Below, piece after piece: positions 26,739-40,100 of a stretch of DNA of 64,000 nucleotides. The notes under the pieces were generated by a model, which did no database searches, was not told the origin of the DNA, and worked only from the letters and a program-made list of their open reading frames with translations. Position 1 is the stretch's first letter. Each line of letters begins with the position of its first letter. The DNA comes from Antedon mediterranea. Taxonomy: Eukaryota > Animalia > Echinodermata. Location: positions 13,596,871 through 13,660,870 of the forward strand of contig NC_092676.1 in NCBI RefSeq assembly GCF_964355755.1, read 5' to 3'. The translations under genes and the position numbers were made by a program.

Positions 26739-26879
26739 AGCTCTGTCTACACTACCAAACTAGTTTGACAAAAAAAAGTGTGATGTGCCCAAATATGGTA
26801 GTAATATGACAGCATCATGTCCATATATGGGCACATCAAATTTTTTTGTCACATAAAGTTTGATGGTTTAGACAAAGCT
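26739..26879. mobile_element. ~140-bp MITE (PIF/Harbinger-like)
   Basis: Palindromic AGCTCTGTCTACAC...TAGACAAAGCT with TAA/TTA flanks; absent at the paralogous site ~29258. Confidence 0.65.
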
Positions 26880-28476
26880 TTAGACAGTAATGTTATGCAA
26901 TAACTGATGCTTTAAATAGTTTAATTATAGGAATTAAAACAAATCCCTTACTGTTTGTAATTGTACTTTTGCTTAGTTATAATGATGCTAGAAAATATTG
27001 TTGACCCCTGAGGACAATCAAACATTTTGATAGAAATGTCAAACTCAACAGTTCTTTTCAGAAAGTAAATTACCCTATATATCCGAATAAACGCCCCGGG
27101 CATTTATTGTTCAGAGGGTTTTTTTAGGGGGAGGAGGGGCGTTTATTTTTTATAGTGTAATATGGTAACATGTATAATCAAATAAATACACTCTAGATAT
27201 TAAAAATACAACACAATTAATATATAAAATAACTTGATTAAACCTCCTTCTATCTGGGTGTAAGTACAATCATGACATAAAAGGTATCATAGACAATTAT
27301 AAAGACCAATACATTGTCGTCATTCCGTATGACACTGCACTTGACGGTTGCATAATATTTTTGAATGTCATTGACAAATTATACACACGTCTGTTCCCAG
27401 TGTAGATAATAAAACAATATAATATATTTCTGGAGATTTATTATCAATACCACTAGAAACTTTGACATGTTTTAGGTACTGAATGCATTGAAAATAAAAG
27501 CATTAGAAGTATATTTAAAATCATGATAAAATCATACTATACACTAGTACACAAGGAAAGCTGGACATATTGTACAACAGTGATGAAACTACGTATTGGC
27601 ATTCAAAAATATTCAGTGTTAATTAATGTTAATTTGAGGAAAAGTGTGATCATGTGTAATCTTGATGGTTCCATAATTATATTTTTTTTTTGCAGAAAAA
27701 ATATATAATTAAAAAATATATTATTTTTGCAAAAAAAATATATAATTATGGAACCATCAAGATCACACTTTTTCACAAATTAACATGAACACTGATGTTA
27801 TTGCTTGTTGACAAATTGGTAGATGATAGAATGAAGATCCATATGAACAATGGGATGGAGTGCAATTGTGTCTCATATAGTGTCTCAGCATAATGATGTG
27901 TCATTGTTTTATATCATACACTGGCAACTGGGATTTGTTAATGGAGCCTGTGAAAGTGTCTAAAAAATTCTAAAAAAAATAAACATTTTGTATACAAAAG
28001 CATGAAGAGGAAAACAAATCATGTAAAGTACTTTTATCAGTGAGAAACAAATTATTTATCATTATTGAAATTAGAGTATTTATTCGACTAAACACATATT
28101 GACACTGCACTTGACGATTGCATAATATATTTGAATGTCATTGACAAATTATACATATACACGTCTGTTCCCAGTGTAGATAATAAAACAATATATATAT
28201 ATATAGCCGAGGTTTTTTTTAATATTTTTTTTTATTTCTTTTTTTTTTGTGGACCTTGATCTCTGACCCTGACCCTTCAAAATTTAACCACAATTATAAT
28301 GATGAGTCATTGATCATTGTGGCTAAGTTTAGTGAGAATCGGATAAAAACTGGTCTCTAGGCAGTAAAATAGTTTTTTGTTAGTTGTGACCTTGACCTAT
28401 GACCTTTTCCCCTGGAGCTAGTGTCAGTGTCTAAAAAATTCTAAAAAACAGAAACGTTTTGTTACAAAAGCATGAA

Positions 28477-31447
28477 TACTCTAGTAGCTAGATCAACTTT
28501 CGTATGCACTTTGAGGTCCAGAGAATTTGACTTCAGAAATTGGTTTAGGGTGGTCAAACAATCATTTTTGGCTTGGTTACACATTTTGAAAATGTGGCGA
28601 AAGGTCAAAAGGTCAGGGTCAAAGGTTATAAAATCAAACACCATTATGTCCTTAAATCTCGACAACCACTGGTCACAGCGAGGTAATTTTGGTCTTAAAT
28701 TAATCAGAAGGTATACATTTATATTCAGTCTAATGAAACATTTTAGTCGAAAATGACCGGAAATGCCATTTCTGACCTTTGACCCATAAACCAGGGCATT
28801 TCTCCGTAACTATTGGCCGTAGTGACTTGAATTTGGGCTCAAATTGTTCGAAATATACATTTAGTTATTTGTTACACATTTTGAAAAATGTTACAAAAGG
28901 TCAAAGGGTCAAGGTCAAGGGTTATTTGAACAAATAAAAAAAGGTACTTGTATCTCGGCAACCACTGGTCGCAGCAAGACAATTTTGGTCTCAAAATGTT
29001 CAGAAGGCATGCATTTATATTCCATCTAATGGGGCATTTTAGTCAAAAATGATCAGAAATGCCATTTCTGACCTTTGACCCACATACCAGGGCATCTTCA
29101 TATCTCTGTAAGTACAGGTCGTAGAAACTTAAATTTGGTATCAAATTGTTCGAAATATACATATTTACATTCATTGTAATAGAAAATGTGGTTAAAAGAT
29201 GAACAGAAATACTATTACTAATGTTTCAAACAAAAAACATATCTACACAACTTATCCTATAGACAGTAATGTTATGCAATAACTGATACTTTAAATTGTT
29301 TTAATTTCAAGTTATTGCTGTCCCCAAGGACATTTTGATAGAAACGTTAAGCTCAACAGTTCTTTTCAGAATGAAAGAAACTTGCCATATGTATCCGATT
29401 AAGCGCTCCAGGCATTTATTGTTCAAAAGGGTTTTTAGGGGGAAAGGAGGCATCTTTATTTGGGGTATAATATGGTAACATGTATAATCAAATAAATACC
29501 ACCTAGATGTAAAAAAAATACTGCACAATTAATATCAAAAAGTGATAAAATTATGTCAAAATGCTTGGTAAATTGTAGATTATGGTAGTTAATGAAATGT
29601 GTTGACGTCATACAATTATTCTGTAAATGCATGTGGCGGGGCGTTTATTCCACATGGTGTTCTATTGGAGGGAATGGTGGCGTTTATTTGAAGGAATACT
29701 CTAATTTTAATAATTGTATTTTGTTTCTCAACTGATAAAAGGTACTTTACATGATTCGTTTTCCTCTTTATGCTTTTTAACGAAATGTTTCTGTCTTTTA
29801 AAATAAAAGTGATAGATTCCATTAAATGGATCTTCTCCTCCAGGTGCCAGTATAATGATATAAAACAATGACACATCATTATCCTGACACGATTGCACTC
29901 ATAATGGATCTTCATTCTATCATCTATTTGTTTGTAACTACAATTTGACAACAATCTTTTGCATAGTTTTAAATGCCAATACATAGTTTCATTACTATTG
30001 TACAATATGTCCAGCTTTCCTGAAAACACCCTTGTGTACTGTAGTACAGTGTTGTAGTATGATTTTATCATGATAAACTTCTGATGCTTTTATTGTCAAT
30101 GCATTCAGTACCTAAAACATGTCAAAGTTTCTAGTGGTATTGATAATAAATCTCCAGAAATATATATTGTTTTATTATCTACACTGGGAACAGACGTGTA
30201 TGTATAAGTTTTGTCGTTGACATTCAAAACTATTATGCAACAGTGTTACGTAATAATGACAATGACTTGGTTTATTATTGTGGTCTCCGATACCTTTTAT
30301 TACATGATTGTACTTCCTCCAGGATAGAATGAGGTTTAATCCCGTTATTATTCTTATTATATATATATATTTTTTTTATATATATATCTGGGGTGTATTT
30401 ATTTGATTATACATGTTACCATTATTACACCCAACAAAATAAACACCTTCCCTGAATAAATAAATGCCAGAGGATTTTATTCGGGTAACTACAGTAAATT
30501 ACTTCTAGCATTCTCAAAATGTTTGAACGTTCGGGGGTCAACAATACTTTCTAGCATTATTATAAGCAAAAGTACAATTATTACAAACAGTAAAGGATTT
30601 GTTTTAATTCCTACAGTATAATGAAATCATTAAGCATCAATTATTGCATAACATTACTGTCTAATGATAAGTTAGGTAGATATGTTTTTCATTTAAAAGA
30701 TTAGTAATTAATAGTATTTCTGATCATCTTTTATCCAAATTTTCTGTTAGAATGAATGTAAATATGTGTATTTCTAACAATTTGATACTAAATTTAAGTT
30801 TCTACGACCTGTACTTACAGAGATAAGAAGATGCCCTGGTATGTATGTCAAAGGTCAGAAATGTCATTTCCGGTCATTTTTTACTAAAATGTTTCATTAG
30901 ACTGAATATGAATGTATACCTTCAGAACATTTTGAGACCAAAATTTACTCGCTGTGACCAGTGGTTGCCGAGATACAAATACCTATTTGTGTTTATTCAT
31001 ATAACCCCTGGCCTTGACCTTTTGTAACATTGTTCAAAATGTGTAACAAATAACTAAATGTATATTTCGAACAATTTGAGCCCAAATTCAAGTCACTACG
31101 GCCAATAGTTACGGAGATACAGACATGCCCTGGTTTATGGGTCAAAGGTCAGAAATGGCATTTCCGGTCATTTTCGACTAAAATGTTTCATTAGACTGAA
31201 TATAAATGTATACCTTCTGATTAATTTAAGACCAAAATTACCTCGCTGTGACCAGTGGTTGTCGAGATTTAAGGACATAATGGTGTTTGATTTTATAACC
31301 TTTGACCCTGACCTTTTGACCTTTCGCCACATTTTCAAAATGTGTAACCAAGCCAAAAATGATTGTTTGACCACCCTAAACCAATTTCTGAAGTCAAATT
31401 CTCTGGACCTCAAAGTGCATACGAAAGTTGATCTAGCTACTAGAGTA
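28477..31447. mobile_element. Non-autonomous Academ-type element C1, nested in C0
   Basis: Long near-perfect TIRs TACTCTAGTAGCTAG...; TSD GAA, supported by the empty paralogous site CATGAAGAGG at ~28001-28010. Confidence 0.9.
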
Positions 31448-32185
31448 GAAGAGGAAAACAAATCATGTAAAATACCTTTTATCAGTGATAAATTATTTAT
31501 CATTATTAAAATTAGAGTATTTATTCGAATGACCCTGACCCTTTTGAAAAATATGTAACAAATAACAAAATGTATATTTCAAACAATTTAAGACCAAATT
31601 CAAGTGTCTACAACCAGTAGTTACGGAGACATACATGCCCTGTGTTGTGGGTTAAATGTCAGAAATGGCATTTTCGGTCATTTTTTACTAAGATGTCCCA
31701 TTAGACTGAAAATAATGTATACTTTCTGATTCTGGCCAGTGGTTGTTGAGATTTAAGGACCTATTGGTGTTTGGTCTTATAACCTTTCACCCTGACCTTT
31801 TGACCTTTCGCCACATTTTCAAAATGTGTAACCAAGCCAAAAATGATTGTTTGACCACCCTAAACAATTTCTGAAGTCAAATTCTCTTGACCTCAAAGTG
31901 CATTCGAAAGTTGATCTAGATACTAGAGTAGTAGTAGATCGCTGATTATCGTTAAGCGTTTATTGATAGCGTCGAATAATGTCGACAGGAAAACAAGCTT
32001 TAGCAAGAAAAACTAAAAACGACAAATCAGAGACAGCTAAGGTAACCAAGATGGTTATTTCCACAAATGTTATGAATTGTTTTTTATTCAACATTAATTT
32101 ACAGTATTTTAAAACTACTTTATTTAAGAGGTAATCTGGAGCAACTGGTTCGTAACCATTTCTAAACATCTGCTAGTACAAGATA

Positions 32186-33919
32186 TCTATATATAAATTA
32201 TGGTTAATTCTGACATAGGCGAGCACAATGGAAAAACTTTGGTTACCTACCTTATCTATCTCAGATGTACCGTGAAACGTAGATTTGATAACATTAGTTT
32301 CCACTATTACGATATTGTTCCATATTTCTATCTTAGGAAGATATTATAAAGGGTTTTAACACCAAATTTCTGATTTCATTGGTAGATTTTCAATTTCATT
32401 TCAATTTAAAAAAAAAAAACTATTTTGATAGATTTAATATGTTTATAAATGTATTGATTTGCGATGAATGGAACATTCCAAATTATTTGGTTTAACCATG
32501 GAGGTATACATCCATGGTTTTACACAAGTAGGTCAATTTATGGGCCCCTAGAGAATAAACTTAAAACCTTCAGATAGTATTGCAATACTACTATACAATA
32601 CTGTAAATACCTACAGTATTAACCACTTTTGGTCGACATTTGAATCGCAAATTTCTTACTGTGAGTGTCGGTACTGTTAGATATAATATAAACATATATA
32701 CAAATAAACTGTATTACTGTGAGTGTGGGAGGTCCTACTGTTAGATTATAAACACATAATATACAAATAAACTATATTACTGACAGTTGCTTCTCAATGT
32801 TTGTATTAATTAATCATTTTTAAAAATATAAACGTCGTAGTTGTGTATCGTCAAATGTACTTTACTATTTCAATCGATTATGACAGTGACAGTTTTAACA
32901 AAGTATTAAATCGCAAATGTTTTACTGTATTTAGTGGTATTATTTATAGGCCTATAAAACATGAAACAAATATTTCATTGCTGAGTGGATAAAGACTATA
33001 TTTTAAAATGGTTCTTCTTTGTACCTTCCCTCAACCTTAATGTTACATACAAAACACAATTGAGTCCAAAAATAAAAAAATTAGTTTCTCTGTCGGAAGT
33101 ACTTCCCAGGGTACTAATTTTAGTTGACTGCATAAATCATTGTGTCTATTTATTCGTTTCTGTAAACGACAATGTTTTATAGTCCTGCATACATTTAAAA
33201 TCGCCAGTTTTTTTACGCTGAAATTACTGTGTTTGAGAACGTCCATCTGTGAGCACGACCTAGATGGTACGCGAGCGTACCATAAAGGGCGCGTTTATAC
33301 AACACGCTATTACACGCATATTCAACACACCTACGAGAAGTGTGTTGTATAACATCGAAGAGATTCCGTGTAATGAGATTTTAATTGCAAAAAATGGTAC
33401 TTGGCTGAATCCTAAAATTTTGTGGATTCCCGGTTGCTGTTGGCCTGTTGGAAGTGTCCTCAGGGTATTGTTTTGACCTCTCGTTAAATAAAAGTATGTG
33501 CTGTGAAAATGTTGACCAAATCTAGTAGATAATTGTGCCTTTTTTGATTATTTTAACCGATTTAGCACTTAACATTAACGCTAATCAAATGTTGGCATAA
33601 TTTGGCAAAATGTAGCATAGTTTTATCCTAATTTTAAAACATTTTTTTTTTCTAATTTCAAAATCGGATTAAAAAAATCAATAACTGAATAAACTAAATT
33701 TTAAACGAAATCATCCTTTATTAAAATCCTTAATAAACTCATATTAATTCATAATGCATACGAGTATATATACAATTAGGATTATGAACTACGATATAAC
33801 ACGGTATTACGATTTAATGTATAACTGCAAGGTTTTTGTGGGGTTGACCTCGGCCCGTGCAACACGCTAAAAATTAAAGACGTGTTCAAATTTAGGGTGT
33901 TGTATAAACACAGCCCTAG
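32186..33919 (+). mobile_element. Non-autonomous Helitron
   Basis: A|TCTATATATA start; 3' hairpin ATGGTACGC-GA-GCGTACCAT (~33264-33283); terminal TAG|T displaced by a MITE. Confidence 0.7.
33287..33916. mobile_element. MITE with GGGC termini (Harbinger-like)
   Basis: GGGCGCGTTTATACAACAC ... GTGTTGTATAAACACAGCCC; TSD unclear. Confidence 0.55.
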
Positions 33920-33949
33920 TTTCTTTAAATGCTGTTAGATGGGTAATGT

Positions 33950-34075
33950 TTTCCCAGTATGATATATTAGCATTACCATGATATCGGTGTCTTCAGCCCT
34001 CACTTTAACAGGGTATTCTTTTTTAGAGCTGTTTGAACAATACAAGTGTCGACATCGTCGGTGCATTGCTTCAAG
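33950..34075 (-). pseudogene. Academ XPG-like remnant of element A
   Basis: Minus strand KQCTDDVDTCIVQTAL, frameshift, then PVKVRAEDTDIMVMLIYH (XPG DAD...EDTD acidic motifs). Confidence 0.65.
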
Positions 34076-34554
34076 TTCCTTAATTATAATAGGCCTACCA
34101 GGTCAGTTGTCAGAATGATATTTCCTTTTAACTTTGGGGAAAAAGTTCTATCAAATTAAATACAAATATGGATGTTCTCATAAAGTTGAGCCTGATTTAA
34201 AGTGTCTGTGACCAATAGTTACCTAAATTAACCTAGATTGGGTTTGTAAAATAAGTTCTGTTAAGGTAAAGATAAAAATTAACATTCTGAACAAATTGAG
34301 ACCAGTTTTAAGTATCTATGACCAGTAGTTACCGAGATACTGATATGGTCAGGTCAATTGGTCATAAAACGATATATTTCCCGGTCATTTTTGGAGAAAA
34401 AAATTCTATTAGAGTAAATATGTCTTTATTATGAACATTTTGAGACCAAATATAAGTCTACCTTTATTAGTTACCGAAAATTTGTTGTTATAGGTGGCCA
34501 TTTTGAAAAATGGCTGCCAAAAATTTTCATCTACTGGAATTGAGTTGGAACTAA

Positions 34555-34616
34555 TTACAGTAGGTTATATGCATTAATGCATATAACCTCTTGATTCTGT
34601 CAGAATATTTATTTCT

Positions 34617-34711
<95 letters not shown>

Positions 34712-36090
34712 TTCTTTCCTTAGCACTATTTGTCCGTCAATTATCTTGATATCAGTTTCATCTAACTAAGTCAATTTTTCAGAGTATATTCCTTATGGCC
34801 AGGAATCGATGTGGTTATGTTTTCACGGTGCGCAATCAAACATTACGCGGTCTACGCACGATTTAACGAAATCACGTTTGTAATCATATCTTCACAAGCA
34901 TGAATCACTTTTAAACAAAATTTGGTACTCATAAATTTCAGGTCATATTTCATCATATGGCAATACAATTACGTGCGTAGCGCATATAACGCATGCGTAC
35001 ACGCGCTTAAAATGTTCAACATTTTCAGAATTTATTTTCGATTAAATTAGAGTACGTTTCAGGCAATTTTAAGCGTTTAAAAAATTGCCATAAGTGCGCA
35101 GATTTTTGCACGCGCACTGCGCGTCAAACGTTATTGCGCACTGTTTTTGTCCGATTACTGTTGTATAACCTTTCTTTAACAATATCATCATATTGTATTA
35201 ACTTTTCAACGCGAAACAGCGTTATACGAGCACGTCAAAAGTGACAGGCTACGCACGTGTAAGTTAACAAAATGGTGAAAATATGCTAAATTTTAAAATT
35301 AATATATCGTTAGAATGCTCGGGAACACCGATTTTTTATTTCATTTTCTTGAAGTGTATGTATCATATGTATGATTTATTATGAAATTAAGAGAACAAAA
35401 GTTGATTAAGTCATCATTAATGGCATATTAAATTTACAAAAATTAATTTCGACAATCAAACAAATTATAACATTTTCTTAGGCCGAAATAACAAACTTAA
35501 CATTAACTTTCTTCCTTAAGAAGTTCATATATTAAAGTTAAAAGTATATAGTTTGACAGTGCATCATTTTTAAAAAGCTTTAAAGATGTCATCATAGTAA
35601 AACATATAATTCATTGCGGTATGTAATAATCTATCTGCACCAAAGTGGTTACTGCATAGTAAATACACGGAGGAATATTTCCATAATTTTTAGTCAGTTG
35701 TGTATGGCTCGGTGGTCTTTGCTCGTGTCTATAGCATTCAAGGTACCGAGTTCGAGTCTCACCTTGGGAAACGAAATGAAATAAGATTTTTTTTATTACC
35801 CGTATTGTTTGTTCAATTGTATTTCTTAGTGTATAGATTATACAGATGATTTATAATGAAATTTATTTAAAAACACAAATGTGGTTTATGACATTATATA
35901 CGCAGAAGGATCTTTGATCGGATTATGATACCGGCTATTGTATTTGCGTTAGCAAGATCCTATCATATATTATAAATAACTAAAGATTCTGAGAAAATCA
36001 ATCAATCAAAATATCTTAGATCAATCAATTATCTTTATTTAAATCAATGCATATAACCTATAATTCGTCATAGTGACGAATTAAATCTAG
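34555..36090 (+). mobile_element. Helentron/DINE-like element inserted in the right TIR of Academ A
   Basis: 5' palindrome AGGTTATATGCATT-AATGCATATAACCT, (TTTA)n, 3' copy AATGCATATAACCT, hairpin AATTCGTCA-tag-TGACGAATT, CTAG|T. No TSD, judged against the left TIR. Confidence 0.85.
34615..34712. repeat. (TTTA)n microsatellite
   Basis: Direct observation; part of the Helentron. Confidence 0.95.
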
Positions 36091-36432
36091 TTGATATATG
36101 TTATGGCGAAAAAAGCTATTGGTAAGCAATTTTTTCCTAGATTTGTAAACAATTTGCTAACAAGCCCTAACTAAAATGGTGTCAAGTTTTTGAAGAGTTG
36201 ACAATACGATTGGGTTATCCAAAGTATACATGAACAAGACATACCATAAGAAAATGTACAGTAGATTAAAACATATCTTAGTACACTTCCATTCATTTTG
36301 TACAACCTCTTATCATATACAGTTCTAATATTATGTTCTTGTATACTTGTTATTAAGATTTTGTTCATTTTGAAAGAAGAATATGTTTACCTAGTAATAT
36401 CATTGTATTGATATATACTTTTTTTTCTCAAG

Positions 36433-36967
36433 GTATTTTCCAAAAAAGATGAGACATCATTCCTCACATGATGTCCTCCTTCTCTGTATAAACTGTCATT
36501 TACAAAGCTGGAACCATGACCAGACTCTTCGACGAGATCTTGCAAATGAGTGTGATGCCAACTTTGATAAAAACAACTCTGAGTACATAGATGATCATAC
36601 TCGAGTAAGAGTTCGTTCAGCAGCAAAAGCACTGTTACAGAATCGAGATACTATTCCTGAAGATCGTATTCGAATACTAGAATCAACTGTAAAAAATTAC
36701 TATAAAACCGACACTGTAGATGATGCTCTTTTAGAGCAAACAGCTAAATTGGAAACAAAAATTCTAAATGATGAATTTACTGGATCACATGGGAAGAAGG
36801 TGGTTATTGTTAAGTCAAGGACAAAAGATGGCTTAGTAGAGTTTGAAAAGAGGTGGAGAAGACATTTTGTATCCACAATGAATCCTCAATATCTACCAGA
36901 CCTTTGGTCTATAGATTACAGACATTCATCTCTCCACGAAGTTAAAGATTCTATTTCTAATGTTTAA
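36433..36967 (+). CDS. EXD2: EXD2 terminal coding exon (HNH-like/C-terminal region)
   Basis: Polypyrimidine tract plus AG at 36431-32. Joins in phase to give PHEYRRYFPKKMRHHSSHDVLLLCINCH...VRSAAKAL...HGKKVV...FEKRWRRHFVSTMNPQYLPDLWS; stop TAA at 36965-36967. Confidence 0.92.
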
Positions 36968-37100
36968 TTCTCATCAAGGAGAAATTGGTATGTTGTTAGA
37001 TTACATTCTAAATTTAAAATACAGACTTTCAAATTATCCACCTGTTTCTCTGCACACTACATTTTCCTGCATCATTTTTAATCATCATGGTTAAAGTTTG

Positions 37101-37106
37101 AATAAA
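37101..37106 (+). promoter_or_regulatory. Candidate polyadenylation signal of EXD2
   Basis: AATAAA ~135 nt after the stop codon. Confidence 0.4.
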
Positions 37107-40100
37107 GGAATCGTGTAACATCACCTAGGATATAGGTCTAGATTTATCTTTCCTGACATAATAATACACCAAATTTCAGTTTATACTTAGGATAAATAGA
37201 CCCAATTCCATGTATTCTACAGTCAATGAGTTTAACATTTCCAATGACAGATTTTGATGTATAATTTTTGCCCTTTTATAACAGTAGACTTGTAAAAAGA
37301 CTGTATTTATAAAGTAAAAGTTGTTTACAGTACAGTATATGGTTATATGTTCAATTTTCCGTCAGATGATGCAAACAATTCTCTTTTTGATTGAGACATC
37401 TCATCCAATACAAAAAAAGAATCTCCTGATGTATATTTTGTTTAGCAGGCATGGCCAAGTATTAATTTATTTCATCTTCATTGATTCACATTCGTTATTT
37501 TTTGGTTAAAATTTAATGGATTTGTGTATTTATACCAAAAATATCGATTTGCAAATCGCAATAGTGTAGGCCTAGCGTACAGTTCCAATGGAAATACATT
37601 GGTCCTACAGTACAGAAGCCTACAAAATAACGACATTTCAATTCATTCATATTTTTATGGCTTATTACAAGTGCATACTTCTCCTAAACCATTGTTAAAC
37701 ATGACAACATTAAGTGGACATTTTCCCACAAAACGAGGAGCAATATATGTTTAGACACTACAGTTTTTAATCATTTATCAGCTCCTATAATTATGATTTT
37801 AGCCTGTGTTTCTGAAATACAGTTGGAAAGTGATCACGAAAATACGTCAATATTTTGGTGATAATATATATGGGAGCCACAATCATTATGACTCCAGGAG
37901 GTACTTTATACAAGAATGATGTACTGTAACTACTGTATATCATTCGCGTGACAAACCCAAAAAATAAAATATTCTAAAGTTTGTAGACATAGGCATTTTA
38001 TTTGTTTGTCTGTTTGCTTTGTTTATGGCCGCGACGTCTGTCTCAAACGAAAATGTTAATAGTTTCTCTGGTTTTATATTCTTATATTCTGAATGATGGA
38101 TGAAACTAAGCCATGACTGTTTAAAATCATTGATCAAGGGCTTCTTTCGTCCAGTGCCCACCTTGACCAGAAGAAAGGCATGGGCCAATACATCTGAGGC
38201 AGATACTATATAGGGCTGTCATAAGAGTTAGCATTGCTGATTTCAAATGCCTAATGGGACCCCATATCCAGCTGCTCATCTACCATTCATAATAATCAGA
38301 CTCGGAGGATTTCATCGTTTCAGGAGGTTTTGGAGTAATATTGGAAAAAAATGGTGGGTTCAGGTTTGGAAGTCTGGTAGTTGAACCAAAAATATAGGCC
38401 CTACCCGAAAAAAAAATGGTGCAAAAAGACATTTTTGCATATTGGAAGTGGAATTTTATGGAGAATAACATATCTAAAATAAATAAATAACAAAAATCCA
38501 TCTTGGGGAACATTTTTTAGATGCGTTTTTCTTTTATTTTAAATTTTTTGATAAAAATATGAATAATATGATTGTATATCTTGGCAACCGCTAACTGTAG
38601 AGGCTTCTATTTGGTCCTAAATTGTTTACAACATACATATTTCTATTTTCTATAATGAAAATGACCCCTGACCTCATAATAATATTATCTCAATAAATAC
38701 TGGTCATACCCAATTAAAATTGGTCTTAAATTGTTGATAAAGTGTATGTTTATATTTACTTTATTTGTTGATAATTTTGACAATAAATGATAGTAAAGAG
38801 GTAATTTTGACCTCTGACCTTATAGTATCATATGTCGACAAATACTGGTTGTCTTATATGATTCATCATCAATAAATAATAAGCAATTTCTCCAAATTGT
38901 TGTGACTCTCTCATTAGTAATCTTCACATGCTGTTTAGCAATTTGTTCCATTTTATTTGGCACAAACTTGTATGTCTGTAACTTTTAGTCCGGTGGCAGG
39001 AGGGAGAAATCACCACCCGAAAGGGGACAAATTGCCATCCAACTTTTCTAGACCAGAATTGTCTGTAGATTACGAATCTGGAAGGTAATCGATCAGGATA
39101 GGAGGCGTTTTCGAGATATAAGGGGTCAATGTTCAAAATTGACCAATTACAACAATGTAATATGTAATTGTATTATAACAAATTTATTGAAGCACAATTT
39201 GGTCTTTTATTACATTTTATGAATATAGGTGTCTGTTTAATCGCCTTAAGAAAAAAAAACGTTTTTGATTAAGGGTCAAATGTCAATAACAATGATCTAT
39301 TTAAAACTAAGCCTAATCTCTAAAAATACGATATTTCAATTTTTATAAACTAAGATATACACATATCTTACTCTTTAATAGAAATATCTAGTTAATAGAG
39401 ATTTTTGTGTATTTACAACTCGAAAAAACAAGAAGAAATACAACGACTATAAGCTCTGTCTATAACATTTTTAAAAAATAATTGTTCAGTTTTATAATAT
39501 GTATTAGTTTTTAATAGAATATATAGAGAAAACGAATATATATTCAAAGCTACTATATCCCGATTAAGATATTTCTATTGCCTGAATAAATGACGCCATA
39601 TAGCACATATACTGATCTGGCGCCAGTGGACCAAAGTGAAATAGTCACATACAAAAACATTGACAAAAAATACTTCCCGAATTAAAACTTATTCCAGTCT
39701 TGGTATATTAAATATGTTCAATATTGGTTGCTCATCCATAATGCAAAAGACAAACTAGTTTCAATTCAAGTCATATCATATCAGTGATGAATTTATTAAC
39801 TTTCGTTCGTTTAAAATTTATAGGCCTTATGAAATAAAATACAATCCTACACATTTTCTAAACTCAATGATTTTTACAAAAAAGGGTTAGAAATAAGACT
39901 TTTTGTCTGTAAGTAAACATATCTAATTCCAAATGATTCAAAATCGAAGTATTTTATCTCGATACTTTGTGTATGTGGCATTTATAAATCCTTCTCAACT
40001 TTAACTTCATGAGCATTTTTCTATTATTGAAGTGTTTTGACTACATTGTTCAAATTTGGTTACATGAAGCTCATGAAGATATAACTGCCCATATAAACCA

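Larger units (their letters stand above)
25552..31930. mobile_element. Non-autonomous Academ-type element C0
   Basis: Termini TACT(A/C)TAGTA(G/T)CTAGATCAAC at both ends, TSD GTA (25549-51 / 31931-33), ~125-bp subterminal repeats. Confidence 0.8.
14240..36173 (-). mobile_element. Decayed Academ DNA transposon (element A) hosting many nested TEs
   Basis: ~450-bp imperfect TIRs: 14240-14690 versus 34230-34554 plus 36091-36173. Termini TAGTTAGGGC...GCCCTAACTA, AAA on both flanks, XPG-like remnant at 33950-34075. Confidence 0.75.
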
